From Candidatus Parcubacteria bacterium (GTDB taxonomy: Bacteria > Patescibacteriota > Minisyncoccia > Phycocordibacterales > Phycocordibacteraceae): 64,000 bases of DNA. Every line of letters starts with the position of its first letter. Position 1 is the stretch's first letter. Location of the stretch: the NCBI GenBank assembly GCA_034666125.1, contig JAXDML010000010.1, positions 150,037-214,036 of the forward strand, read 5' to 3'. The position numbers and the translations under genes were made by a program. Positions 1 to 9,240 of the stretch are shown piece by piece. Under the pieces are notes generated by a model. It made no database searches and was not told the origin of the DNA. It saw nothing but the letters and a program-made list of their open reading frames with translations.

Positions 1-119
1 TGAACGCGCGCGAGAAGCCGACCGGTTGAATACCGGGAATCAGGGTAGTACGCACTTTTGTTCTCCTCGTTTGAATCCCTCTAGTTCCTATTATAACACT
101 TCCTATACTTTATATCAAA

Positions 120-815
120 TCAGCCTTCGTGCGCCTGCAGCTCGCGTATCGAGCGGTTCCTATGGATGAGCTCGTCATTCCGGATCGACTCGAAGAGCTC
201 GTACTCGCTCCGTACCTGGCGGCCGTAGAAATCGAGGAAATCGGAGGCGAACGGGGTCACCTTGAGGCGCGCCTCGTGGTCCCGGAGGAATTCGTCATAC
301 TGTTCGAACGCATGATTCTCGAACATGAAGTTCAGTTCGAGGGACGCGCGGCGCGAGAACACGTACAGGATATAGAGCGCCCAGAAGTAGAAGAAAGCGA
401 AGATGAGGGGGATAAGGGTGTGACGGATGAAGCTCTCGCACTTCAAGCGCTGCACGATCTGGGACATGAGGACCACATGCAGGGTCTCGTTGTCCTGCGC
501 CATGCGGCTGAAAGCCGAGGTCTTCGCGAGCTCGATGGCCTTCTTCTCGTTGCTGTAGAAGCCGGTGAGCATGGTGTACGAGGCGACCTCCCAGGACTGG
601 TACGGGATGCGCGCGATGACCTCGAGCGCCTTGAACTTCTGGTACGAGGGCTTGCGGCCGTAAAGGAGATTCCCGGAGTTCACGAAGAAACTGCCCAAGG
701 CGCGGGCGATCCACATGGGGCGGTAGCCGTCATAGGCGGCGGCGTATTCGGCCCGCAGTGCGGGGTCGAAAAGCTTCCGATTCAGTTCCTCATGTTCGAC
801 GTGCTCATCATCCAT
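120..815 (-). CDS. Alternative oxidase (AOX/PTOX)-like di-iron carboxylate protein
   Basis: 231-aa ORF with four Glu/His motifs spaced like AOX iron ligands (SWEVAS, QDNETLHVVLM ~ NERMHL, FEQYDEFL, RNDELIHRNRS ~ RADEAHHRDVNH) and a hydrophobic helical stretch. Recognised by motif only. Confidence 0.5.
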   Translation of the reverse strand: MDDEHVEHEELNRKLFDPALRAEYAAAYDGYRPMWIARALGSFFVNSGNLLYGRKPSYQKFKALEVIARIPYQSWEVASYTMLTGFYSNEKKAIELAKTSAFSRMAQDNETLHVVLMSQIVQRLKCESFIRHTLIPLIFAFFYFWALYILYVFSRRASLELNFMFENHAFEQYDEFLRDHEARLKVTPFASDFLDFYGRQVRSEYELFESIRNDELIHRNRSIRELQAHEG

Positions 816-836
816 GTCGGGTACTGTAGCACGCCC

Positions 837-2498
837 TTATACGTCCTGGATAAGGTATTTTTCGATGTCCACGAACGTGCCGCCGATCTTCTTGCCGGGG
901 TTGAAGAGGTTGTCCGGATCGAAGATGCGTTTGGTCTCCTCGAAGAGACGCACGATGTCGTTGCCGAAGAGCTGGGGAAGATACGGCGTGCGGATGATGC
1001 CGTCGTTGTGCTCGCCGGTCGTGGTGCCGCCGTACTCGATGACGAGCGCGTACACCTTCGGAGCGAGTTCGAGAATGACGTTACGCACTTCGGCGCGCGA
1101 CAGGTCCATGAGCGGGATGATATGGAAATTGCCGTTTCCGACGTGGCCGGCGATCGTATAGATGAAGCGGTCGGCGTACTCGTCGAGCAGTTTGGAAAGG
1201 CGCGGGAGGAATTCGGTATACGAGTCCACGGGAACGACGAAGTCGTCGATGAAGGGCGCGGCGTAGTAGCCGTGGAGGCTTTTCCGGAGGAGCGAGAAGC
1301 TCTCGCGCCGCACGATCCAGAACTTCTCGCTCTCCTCCTCGTTCTTTTCAATGGCCGTGTGGAGGCCGAGGTCGGCAAGCGCAGCCTGCGCCTCTGCGGC
1401 TTTGCGGTCCGCCTCCTCGATGGAGTCCTCGGCGAATTCGGCCATGAGGAGCAGCTTCGGGACGCCTCCCGTTATGACGCTTCCGATCTCCGGGAGGAAC
1501 TCGATGCCGAGGTGGATGGCGCGCGCGAGCCCCATCTGCTTGAGCAGGTCGAACAGGAACCGGATGGCGAGCGTGAAGGTCTTGTCATCGTACGATTCAA
1601 AGGATTCCGGGTTGAAGGGAAGTACGCGGCGCACGATCTCCGGAAGAAGTGCCACGTCAGAGAGAAAGACGACGAGCATCGCGCGATGCTCCTTCGGCTT
1701 CACGAGCCGGAGCTTCATCTTCGTGGTGAGCGCGAGGGTGCCCTGCGCGCCGGTGATGAGCTGCGCGAGATCGAACGTGCCTTTCACCTCATTTTTCACG
1801 TTCCAAAGTGAATAGCCGGCGGAGTTCTTGGAGACCTTCGGTTTGGCGGCCGCGATAGCGTCAGCGTTCTTGGTTAAAAGCTCGTCCATGTCACGGTATA
1901 TCGAACCCTCGAGCGTATCGAGCCTCTTCTTTTCCGCCAGCTCATCGTTCGTGAGCGCCTTGAATGTACTTACAGAACCGTCCGACAGGACGACCTCGAG
2001 CTCCTCGACGTACTCCTCGGTCTTTCCGTACTTGAGCGTGCGCTCTCCGCCGGAGTTGTTGTTCACGATGCCGCCCAGCGCCGCGATGTCGCGGGAAGCG
2101 GGATACGAGGGAAGCATCTGGCGGCCGTGCGTGAGCGTGGCCTTCTCGAAGTCGCGGTAGTAGGCGCCCGGTTCGGCAATTGCATGACCGTCAGTAACCT
2201 CAAGCACCTTGTTCATGTATTTGGTGAACACGGCGACGACCGAGTCGTTCAGCGGCCCGCCCGACATGTCCGTGCCTGCCGAGCGCGCGGTGACGCTTGC
2301 GGGCAGACCGACCTTCTTAGCTTCACCGACCGCCTTCACGAGCGCCGACACGTCCTCCGTATCCTTCGGGAATACCACGACCTCGGGCATGCGCATGAAC
2401 ACGCTCGTGTCGCGGGAGTACAGCAGCCGCGACGCGTCGTCCGCGAGCACGTCGCCGCGCATATCCTTCTTAAGACGTTCGAACAGGCTCATATCCAT
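837..2498 (-). CDS. FAD-linked oxidase (GlcD/D-lactate dehydrogenase family)
   Basis: 553-aa ORF. N-terminal FAD-binding PCMH-type domain pattern (RMPEVVVFPKDTEDVSALVKA..GTDMSGGPL) and C-terminal FAD-oxidase_C-like region. The long antisense ORF 129..1811 (+) is the typical high-GC shadow ORF. Confidence 0.7.
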   Translation of the reverse strand: MDMSLFERLKKDMRGDVLADDASRLLYSRDTSVFMRMPEVVVFPKDTEDVSALVKAVGEAKKVGLPASVTARSAGTDMSGGPLNDSVVAVFTKYMNKVLEVTDGHAIAEPGAYYRDFEKATLTHGRQMLPSYPASRDIAALGGIVNNNSGGERTLKYGKTEEYVEELEVVLSDGSVSTFKALTNDELAEKKRLDTLEGSIYRDMDELLTKNADAIAAAKPKVSKNSAGYSLWNVKNEVKGTFDLAQLITGAQGTLALTTKMKLRLVKPKEHRAMLVVFLSDVALLPEIVRRVLPFNPESFESYDDKTFTLAIRFLFDLLKQMGLARAIHLGIEFLPEIGSVITGGVPKLLLMAEFAEDSIEEADRKAAEAQAALADLGLHTAIEKNEEESEKFWIVRRESFSLLRKSLHGYYAAPFIDDFVVPVDSYTEFLPRLSKLLDEYADRFIYTIAGHVGNGNFHIIPLMDLSRAEVRNVILELAPKVYALVIEYGGTTTGEHNDGIIRTPYLPQLFGNDIVRLFEETKRIFDPDNLFNPGKKIGGTFVDIEKYLIQDV

Positions 2499-2500
2499 GG

Positions 2501-3289
2501 ATGCAGTATAGCTTCCGTAAGCGGTTTCCTAAGCATGGGAAAGCGGCAGTTGTTCCGCATGACCAAAGATGGGATAGTAAGAGGCATGAAATCTCGGGGG
2601 GGGGGGGGGTACCACATGGTAAGAGCTCGCTCGCTGACTACCAGCGGTTCGTAGATGCCCTGTACGGTCGCAATAACCAGAGGCATTTCACGACCGATGA
2701 GATGCTCATCAATATCAACCGCTTTACCGGACGGGGACTGAAGGGCATCCGCAAGGGGGATGCCGGGAAGACCGTCAAGAACCTGACCATCGCGCTGAAC
2801 TGGACCTGTTCCCTGGCGAACCAACTCGATATCGATCTGGAGAAACAGGTATGGGAGCGCTTCCCGTATCTCTGCCTCTATTGCGGAAGCTGCCCGTGCG
2901 CGTGCAGGCTCCGGAAGGCGAAGAAACGGATGACGAAAAAGACGTTCGCGCACTCGCAGCCCCGTACCCTCCGGGGCCTCCAGGACATGTTCGGCGACAT
3001 CTACCCGCCCGCATCGCGCACGCTCGAGCACGCGGGCATCCACCTCGCCGAGGAAGTAGGCGAGCTCTCGGAAGCCGTCATGGGCTTTCGCGGTCGGCAT
3101 ACCCAGAAGGATTTCGAGAACATCAAGGTCGAAGCGGCGGATGTCTTCTCCTGCTTCATGGGCATCTTCAATTCCCTGAAGTTCGACTATCACGAGTACC
3201 TTATCAGCGCGCATGCGAACGGATGCTATTCCTGCAGGCATCTGCCGTGCACCTGCGAATATCGTTTCGTGATGAGCTTCAAGTCCTAA
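2501..3289 (+). CDS. MazG-like nucleoside triphosphate pyrophosphohydrolase; start uncertain (poly-G lies inside the ORF as called, first in-frame ATG after it is at 2702)
   Basis: C-terminal half carries MazG-type motifs (LAEEVGELSEAV..; EAADVFSCFMGIFNSL). A Cys cluster (CLYCGSCPCAC) is inserted mid-protein. The N-terminal part of the ORF spans the G14 tract. Confidence 0.5.
   Translation: MQYSFRKRFPKHGKAAVVPHDQRWDSKRHEISGGGGVPHGKSSLADYQRFVDALYGRNNQRHFTTDEMLININRFTGRGLKGIRKGDAGKTVKNLTIALNWTCSLANQLDIDLEKQVWERFPYLCLYCGSCPCACRLRKAKKRMTKKTFAHSQPRTLRGLQDMFGDIYPPASRTLEHAGIHLAEEVGELSEAVMGFRGRHTQKDFENIKVEAADVFSCFMGIFNSLKFDYHEYLISAHANGCYSCRHLPCTCEYRFVMSFKS
2596..2609. repeat. Homopolymeric G tract (14 nt) in a divergent promoter region
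   Basis: Direct read: c-GGGGGGGGGGGGGG-tacc, between the minus-strand FAD oxidase start (2498) and the plus-strand MazG-like gene. Confidence 0.9.
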
Positions 3290-3351
3290 TTTTTACAAAT
3301 GAATCCGGAGCGCCTATAATCGGAAAAGACGCGTTCACCGCCATTCATGGC

Positions 3352-4050
3352 ATGGGGAGATTTGACATGATCGTTGCTCAGGAAGCGATTGGAAGGGCAG
3401 TGATGCCCATGCCCGGCCGTTCTCGGCCAAAGCGGAAAAGATATTCAAGCGGCACGAAAAGCACTATCCTCGTATTCGATCAAGCGATCGGCGCGCCGGT
3501 CCGCAGAAACGTGCTCGACGTCCTCGACGAGATGCTTCTCCTGTATCGGAAAGAGGAGAGCTCGTACCTGGAGATCGCCGCCAGATTCCGCCTGCGGCGT
3601 GCGTTCGTGACGTCCCTATTCGCTCTTCGAAGACTGGTACCCGCAGTGCGCAAAATGCTTGCGGCGTCCACGCGCTACGTCGACCGCCTGAGCCTGATCG
3701 AGGCCAGGTATATCTCCGGATTGCGTCCGAAGCTGCAGGCTAAGGTGGCGGCACGGGTCCTGTCCGGGGAACTGTCCTTGAAGGACCTCGGCGACCTTCT
3801 TCGGGATCCTAAGAACAAGGCGCCCCATAAGAAGATCTCGCAAGGGAGACGGTCCCGAAAGGTGCCGTACGACCTGATGCGTAGGGCGCACAGGAAGATC
3901 GCCGCACTCGAACGCGAGGCCGATGCGCTCGCGGAAGTCATGGGCGCTATCAGCCAGCTCAAGCCGGCCAATTCTCATGATGCGCAACAGCTCCTCGAAG
4001 GGATACGGCTTCGCGTGCGCATGAAATTCGAAAGCCTGGGCGCGGAGTAG
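3352..4050 (+). CDS. Hypothetical helical protein (possible HTH/ParB-like C-terminus, unproven)
   Basis: The ORF 2851..4050 overlaps the MazG gene in another frame at its 5' end. The first non-overlapping in-frame ATG is 3352 (MGRFDMIVAQ..). No confident family match by eye. Confidence 0.35.
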   Translation: MGRFDMIVAQEAIGRAVMPMPGRSRPKRKRYSSGTKSTILVFDQAIGAPVRRNVLDVLDEMLLLYRKEESSYLEIAARFRLRRAFVTSLFALRRLVPAVRKMLAASTRYVDRLSLIEARYISGLRPKLQAKVAARVLSGELSLKDLGDLLRDPKNKAPHKKISQGRRSRKVPYDLMRRAHRKIAALEREADALAEVMGAISQLKPANSHDAQQLLEGIRLRVRMKFESLGAE

Positions 4051-4136
4051 GGCCTGAACCTGAAGAGAATGGCCGGCGCGCAGGGCGCGCCGGCTGTTTC
4101 TTATCTATCCAACGCTACTCCTAAAAGTTTTTGTTG

Positions 4137-4142
4137 TATACT
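4137..4142 (+). promoter_or_regulatory. -10-like TATACT 8 nt upstream of the ABC ATPase ATG (leaderless-type start)
   Basis: TATACT at 4137-4142, ATG at 4151, no Shine-Dalgarno purine run. Confidence 0.35.
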
Positions 4143-4150
4143 GCTCTTTC

Positions 4151-5086
4151 ATGAATTCGACTGCGCCGGCCATCCTCATCAAGGACGTGAGGAAGACGTA
4201 CGACCTCGAGAAGGGCGGGAAGACCGAAGCCCTGAAGGGCGTTTCGCTTTCTATTCCGCGAGGCGAGTTCTTCTCGTTGCTCGGCCCGAACGGGGCGGGA
4301 AAGACGACGCTCATCAGCATCGCGACCGGACTCGCCAACAAGACGAGCGGTACGGTCGAGATCGAGGGAGTATCGATCGACGAAGATCCGTCGAAAGCCA
4401 AGACATTCATCGGTCTCGTCCCGCAGGAGATGAACTTCGACATCTTCGAGAAGGTCATCAATATCATCATCTATCAGGCCGGCTATTACGGCATCACGAA
4501 GCGCGAGGCCATGCCATATGCCGAGGAACTCCTGAAGCAGCTCGGGCTCTGGGAGAAGCGCAACGACAAAGCGGAAACGCTCTCGGGCGGCATGAAGCGC
4601 CGCCTCTTGATCGCCCGCGCGCTCATACACAAACCGGCGATATTGCTGCTCGACGAGCCGACGGCCGGAGTCGATGTAGAGCTACGCCGTGGCATGTGGG
4701 ATTTCCTGCGGGAATTGAACGCCTCGGGAACGACCATCGTGCTCACGACACACTACCTCGAGGAAGCAGAGCAGCTTTCCAGAAAGGTCGCCATCATCAA
4801 CAAGGGCGAGATCATCGAGGAGGGCAGCGTAAAGGAGCTTCTCTCGAAACTGAATTACGTGACCCTGCTTGTCGACACGGTCGAGACAGTCACCGTGGAA
4901 TCGGTGCGCGCGCTCGGCGAGTCCGCAAAGCGCATTGACGAGCATACGATCGAGCTGACGCTCCCGCCGGGCGGCCTGGTGAACGACGCCTTCAAGAGGC
5001 TGTCCGACGCGGATATCAGGGTCGCGAACGTGCGAAACCCGGGCAGTCGGCTCGAGGAGGTATTCCTGCACCTCATCAATAACTAG
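4151..5086 (+). CDS. ABC transporter ATP-binding protein (ABC-2 type exporter)
   Basis: Walker A GPNGAGKTT, signature LSGGMKRR, Walker B LLLDEPTAGVD, H-loop TTHYLEEA. Confidence 0.88.
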   Translation: MNSTAPAILIKDVRKTYDLEKGGKTEALKGVSLSIPRGEFFSLLGPNGAGKTTLISIATGLANKTSGTVEIEGVSIDEDPSKAKTFIGLVPQEMNFDIFEKVINIIIYQAGYYGITKREAMPYAEELLKQLGLWEKRNDKAETLSGGMKRRLLIARALIHKPAILLLDEPTAGVDVELRRGMWDFLRELNASGTTIVLTTHYLEEAEQLSRKVAIINKGEIIEEGSVKELLSKLNYVTLLVDTVETVTVESVRALGESAKRIDEHTIELTLPPGGLVNDAFKRLSDADIRVANVRNPGSRLEEVFLHLINN

Positions 5087-5087
5087 T

Positions 5088-5858
5088 ATGAAATCTCCCG
5101 CACTCATCGGCTACGCCACCATGGTCCGCAAGGACGTCGGACGCATGATCCGGATCTGGGCGCAGACCCTGCTGCCCCCGGTGGTCACGTCCTCACTGTA
5201 CTTCACCATTTTCGGTGCCTTCATCGGGAATCAGGTCCAGCCCATCGACGGCTTCACTTATATGCAATTCATCGTGCCGGGACTCATCATGATGAACATG
5301 CTTACCAGCGCGTATTCGAATACCGTATTCAGCTTCTACTTCGCCAAGTGGACGCATACCATCGACGAGCTCCTCGTGTCGCCCATGCCGAACTGGGTCG
5401 TCATCGCAGGGTTCCTCTCGGGCGGCATCGTACGCGGATTCCTCACCGGTATCCTCGTCACTCTCGTCTCGCTCTTGTTCACGGACCTCGCGCTCACGAA
5501 TATCATAGTGCTTTTTGCGGCAGGGTTCCTGACCGCGCTCGCGTTCTCCATCGGCGGCATCATCAACGCCATCTACGCGAAATCCTTCGACGGCATGACG
5601 ATCGTGCCGACCTTCGTGCTCACGCCGCTCACGTACCTCGGCGGGGTCTTCTACTCGATCGACCTGCTTCCGCCGTTCTTCCGCACGCTCTCGCTCTTCA
5701 ACCCCATCCTCTATATGGTGAACGCCTTCCGCTACGGCTTCCTCGGTATCTCGGACGTGCCGCTCGCGACCTGCTTCGCCGTCATCATCGGCTTCACGCT
5801 CGCCATGTTCCTCTGGGCGATGTACCTCTTCAAGAAGGGCGCGGGGCTGAAACGCTAG
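5088..5858 (+). CDS. ABC-2 family transporter permease
   Basis: 256 aa, six predicted TM helices. Start overlaps the ATPase stop (operon). Confidence 0.8.
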   Translation: MKSPALIGYATMVRKDVGRMIRIWAQTLLPPVVTSSLYFTIFGAFIGNQVQPIDGFTYMQFIVPGLIMMNMLTSAYSNTVFSFYFAKWTHTIDELLVSPMPNWVVIAGFLSGGIVRGFLTGILVTLVSLLFTDLALTNIIVLFAAGFLTALAFSIGGIINAIYAKSFDGMTIVPTFVLTPLTYLGGVFYSIDLLPPFFRTLSLFNPILYMVNAFRYGFLGISDVPLATCFAVIIGFTLAMFLWAMYLFKKGAGLKR

Positions 5859-5884
5859 TTTTTGCCGAGTTAGGTTTAGCGCCG

Positions 5885-5890
5885 TATACT
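5885..5890 (+). promoter_or_regulatory. -10-like TATACT 9 nt upstream of the proS ATG
   Basis: gccgTATACTagggaaaccATG. Confidence 0.35.
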
Positions 5891-5899
5891 AGGGAAACC

Positions 5900-7147
5900 A
5901 TGCGGCAGAGCCATCTATTCACGAAGACGAGGCGCGAGGCGCCTTCGGACGAGGTGGCCAAGAACGCCCAGCTCCTCATCCGGGCCGGCTATATCCATAA
6001 GGAGATGGCGGGTGTCTACGGGTACCTGCCTCTCGGCCTGCGGGTAGTGGAGAAGATCAAGCAGATCGTGCGCGAGGAGATGGACGCCATCGGCGGCCAG
6101 GAGATGATCATGACATCCCTCCAGCGCAAGGAGCTCTGGGAAGTAACGGGCCGATGGGACGACAAGAACGTGGACGTCTGGTTCAAGTCGAAGCTCGCAA
6201 GCGGCGGGGAGGTCGGCTTCGGCTGGTCGCACGAGGAGCCCATCACCGACATGATGAAGCACTTCATCGGAAGCTACCGCGATCTGCCCGCGTACACGTA
6301 CCAATTCCAGACGAAGCTCCGCAACGAGCTGCGCGCGAAGTCGGGCATCATGCGCGGCCGCGAATTCGTCATGAAGGACCTGTATTCGTATACGAAGGAT
6401 GAGGCCGCGCACGAGGTTTTCTATAACTCTGCGATCGAGGCGTACAAGCGCGTCTTCGAGCGCGTGGGTCTTGGCGACCGCACGTACCTTACCTACGCCT
6501 CCGGAGGCGCGTTCACGGAGTTCTCGCACGAGTTCCAGACCGTATCCGATGTCGGCGAAGACGTCATTTATATACATAAAAGCAAGGGCATTGCCGTGAA
6601 CAAGGAGGTGCTCACCCCGGAAGTCCTCGAGAAGCTCGATATCGAGGAGAACGAGCTTGAGGAGGCGAAGTCCATCGAGGTCGGCAATATCTTCAACTTC
6701 GGCGATACGAAATCGAAGCAGCTCGGTCTTCTGTATCGCGATGACAACGGCGAAGAAAAGCCGGTCATTCTCGGTTCGTACGGTCTCGGCATCACGCGCC
6801 TTATGGGCACACTCGTTGAGGTCTTCGCCGACGACAAGGGCATCGTATGGCCTGAAGCGGTAGCGCCGTTCCGGGTGCACCTGGTCGCGCTCGTCCCTGA
6901 CGGGGTCACGGTGGCGTATGCGGACTCGGTATACGAGGACCTCGTGCGCGCGGGCGTGGACGTGCTCTATGACGACCGCGACGCCCGTGCCGGACAGAAG
7001 CTCACGGATTCGGACCTGCTCGGCATCCCGACGCGGCTCCTCATCGGCAAGGAGACGATCGAGACCGGGAAGATAGAGGCGGTCGATCGCAGGAGCGGGG
7101 AAGGGAAGCGCATCCCGCGCGGCGAGATCGTGGGCGCATTTGCATAG
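5900..7147 (+). CDS. proS: Prolyl-tRNA synthetase (short bacterial form without INS editing domain)
   Basis: The in-frame ATG at 5900 begins MRQSHLFTKTRREAP..; class II motifs and the anticodon-binding C-terminus are recognisable. The 5' part of ORF 5348..7147 is a read-through artifact overlapping the permease. Confidence 0.9.
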   Translation: MRQSHLFTKTRREAPSDEVAKNAQLLIRAGYIHKEMAGVYGYLPLGLRVVEKIKQIVREEMDAIGGQEMIMTSLQRKELWEVTGRWDDKNVDVWFKSKLASGGEVGFGWSHEEPITDMMKHFIGSYRDLPAYTYQFQTKLRNELRAKSGIMRGREFVMKDLYSYTKDEAAHEVFYNSAIEAYKRVFERVGLGDRTYLTYASGGAFTEFSHEFQTVSDVGEDVIYIHKSKGIAVNKEVLTPEVLEKLDIEENELEEAKSIEVGNIFNFGDTKSKQLGLLYRDDNGEEKPVILGSYGLGITRLMGTLVEVFADDKGIVWPEAVAPFRVHLVALVPDGVTVAYADSVYEDLVRAGVDVLYDDRDARAGQKLTDSDLLGIPTRLLIGKETIETGKIEAVDRRSGEGKRIPRGEIVGAFA

Positions 7148-7149
7148 AT

Positions 7150-8208
7150 ATGGCGCGCGGACTCTCCAAAAGCTCGTTCTTCTCCAGCGACATCGGAGTC
7201 GATCTCGGGACCGGGAACACCCTCGTGTACGTGCGTGGGCGCGGCATCGTGCTCAACGAGCCGTCGGTGGTGACCGTGAACGAGAAGACGGGACAGGTGG
7301 TCGCGGTGGGCCAGGACGCGAAGAACATGCTCGGGAAGACGCCGCCGCACGTACGCGTAGTGCGTCCGCTCGCGCACGGCGTCATCTCGGACTTCGAGGT
7401 GACGCAGGAGCTTCTCGCGTACCTGATTCAGAAGGCGCAGTCGGGAAGCACGAAGCTCTTCGGACCGCGGGTGGTGGTGGGCGTGCCCACGGGCGTGACG
7501 AATGTGGAGAGCCGCGCGGTGCGCGACGCCGCCCTTACGGCGGGCGCCCGCGAGGTCTTCGTGCTCGAGGAGCCGATGGCGGGAGCCATCGGCGCGAAGC
7601 TCCCGGTGACGGAAGCGGTCGGCACCATGGTGCTCGACATAGGCGCGGGTACGACCGACATCGCCGTCATCGCGCTCGGCGGCACGGTGGCCAGCAAGAG
7701 CTCGCAGGTAGCGGGCGACCGGTTCAACGAGAACATTACCGATTTCGTGAGAAGCGAGTTCCAGCTCGCCATCGGCGAGAAGACCGCCGAGGAGACGAAG
7801 ATCGCCATCGGCGCGGTGCTGCCGCTCGATGAGGAACTCGTCCATCCGATCCGCGGACGCGACCTCGCGACGGGATTGCCGCGCGAAGTGATGCTCACGG
7901 ACAGCCACGTGCGCGAGGCGCTCGCGTCCTCGCTCGACAGTCTCATGGAGGCGATGAAGGATGTCATCGAGCATACGCCTCCAGAGCTGCTGTCCGACGT
8001 GCTCGAGCGGGGAGTGACGGTCTTCGGCGGCGGGGCTCTCCTGCGCGGGCTGCCGGAGCTCCTCTCGAAGATGCTCGGCGTGCCGGTATACGTGGCTCCG
8101 GACCCGCTCACTGCCGTCGTGCGGGGTACGGGCATCGTGACCGAGGATCCGGGTCCGTGGGGCGATACTTTCATGCATGAAGAGGCGATCCTACCTCACC
8201 ACGCGTAG
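7150..8208 (+). CDS. mreB: Rod shape-determining protein MreB
   Basis: DIGVDLGTGNTLVY.. actin-fold phosphate-1 motif; full-length similarity pattern of MreB. Confidence 0.92.
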   Translation: MARGLSKSSFFSSDIGVDLGTGNTLVYVRGRGIVLNEPSVVTVNEKTGQVVAVGQDAKNMLGKTPPHVRVVRPLAHGVISDFEVTQELLAYLIQKAQSGSTKLFGPRVVVGVPTGVTNVESRAVRDAALTAGAREVFVLEEPMAGAIGAKLPVTEAVGTMVLDIGAGTTDIAVIALGGTVASKSSQVAGDRFNENITDFVRSEFQLAIGEKTAEETKIAIGAVLPLDEELVHPIRGRDLATGLPREVMLTDSHVREALASSLDSLMEAMKDVIEHTPPELLSDVLERGVTVFGGGALLRGLPELLSKMLGVPVYVAPDPLTAVVRGTGIVTEDPGPWGDTFMHEEAILPHHA

Positions 8209-8974
8209 GTTCGGCGGCGGGGGAGGCGGCCTGTTCTCGTCCATCGGCAGGCTTGTCGGCGCCCTCGTCGCGCTTTTGATACTCGTGCTCCTGGTCCTGC
8301 GGCTCGCCGCCCCCGGATTGCTTACGTCCCTCGCTTCGCCTTTCCTTCGCACGGGACAGGCTTTGACTGAGGGGGTAGGGAGTTCGATGACGCTTGATTC
8401 ACGCAGTTCTCTTATAAAGGATCGAGAGCGGCTCATACGCGAGAACGAGGCGCTCAACGTACAGAACGCGACATTTGCCGCACGCGTTGCGGACCTCCAG
8501 CGTCTGCTCGGGAACCGCACCGAACGCGCGGGCGGTGTGCTCGCGGGAGTCCTCGCGCGACCGCCGGTGTCGCCGTACGACGTGCTCGTCGTCGACCAGG
8601 GGTCGGACGCAGGCGTCAGGATCGGCGCGACCGCGTACGGCTCGGGCGGAGTGCCGCTCGGAACCGTAACGAGCGCGGATGCGCGCTCCGCTCGCGTCAC
8701 CCTCTACTCCCATACCGGCAATGTCACGGAAGGCTGGGCGGGCGCGTCGCGTATCCCGGTGAAGCTTACCGGCACCGGCGCGGGAGGATTCGATGCGGAG
8801 ATACCGGGGACGGCAGGCGCGCTGGTCGGCGACGAGATATTCGTGCCGGGACCGGGCGCGCTCCCGATCGCCGTCATCACGGAGGTCGTGACGGACCCGT
8901 CGTCGCCGTCGGTCGTACTGCGTATCCGCTCGCAGGTGAACCCTTTTTCCCTGACGTGGGTGACGATTCAGTAG
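8177..8974 (+). CDS. mreC: Rod shape-determining protein MreC
   Basis: Directly downstream of mreB. N-terminal TM, coiled-coil (ENEALNVQNATFAARVADLQRLL), and a beta-rich C-terminal domain. Confidence 0.75.
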   Translation: MKRRSYLTTRRFGGGGGGLFSSIGRLVGALVALLILVLLVLRLAAPGLLTSLASPFLRTGQALTEGVGSSMTLDSRSSLIKDRERLIRENEALNVQNATFAARVADLQRLLGNRTERAGGVLAGVLARPPVSPYDVLVVDQGSDAGVRIGATAYGSGGVPLGTVTSADARSARVTLYSHTGNVTEGWAGASRIPVKLTGTGAGGFDAEIPGTAGALVGDEIFVPGPGALPIAVITEVVTDPSSPSVVLRIRSQVNPFSLTWVTIQ

Positions 8975-8975
8975 C

Positions 8976-9236
8976 ATGACGAATCCTCCCAAGTGGCTCA
9001 AGATATTCTTCGCCATATTCCCGTTCGTATCCTTATTCTTCTTCCCGTGGCCGATGACGCTCGTCGCAAGCTTCGCTGCCGGCCTCGTCTTTCCTCCGCT
9101 CGCGCTCGTCGTCGGCATTCTAGTGGATGTGCTCTATAGCCCGGGGACGGGATGGTTCATCGGGGCTACTTCGGGGGTCATACTGTGCGCGCTTTCATAT
9201 GGGGTGCGTCATATAGTGAAAACCCGTATCATGTAG
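8976..9236 (+). CDS. mreD: Small membrane protein, MreD-like by position
   Basis: 86 aa with two or three TM helices, located between mreC and mrdA. Confidence 0.45.
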   Translation: MTNPPKWLKIFFAIFPFVSLFFFPWPMTLVASFAAGLVFPPLALVVGILVDVLYSPGTGWFIGATSGVILCALSYGVRHIVKTRIM

Positions 9237-9240
9237 GGAA

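Noticed and set aside
129-1811. 560-aa plus-strand ORF overlapping two minus-strand genes
   Set aside because: Antisense shadow ORF typical of high-GC DNA. Arg/Glu/Ala-rich low-complexity translation with no motifs. The opposite-strand genes have clear family signatures.
2851-3351. 5' portion of ORF 2851..4050 overlapping the MazG-like gene
   Set aside because: Out-of-frame overlap with a motif-supported gene. Gly/Pro/Arg-rich translation.
5348-5899. 5' portion of ORF 5348..7147 overlapping the ABC-2 permease
   Set aside because: Read-through of an open frame upstream of the real proS start (ATG 5900, preceded by a TATACT box). Its translation is Arg/His-rich nonsense.
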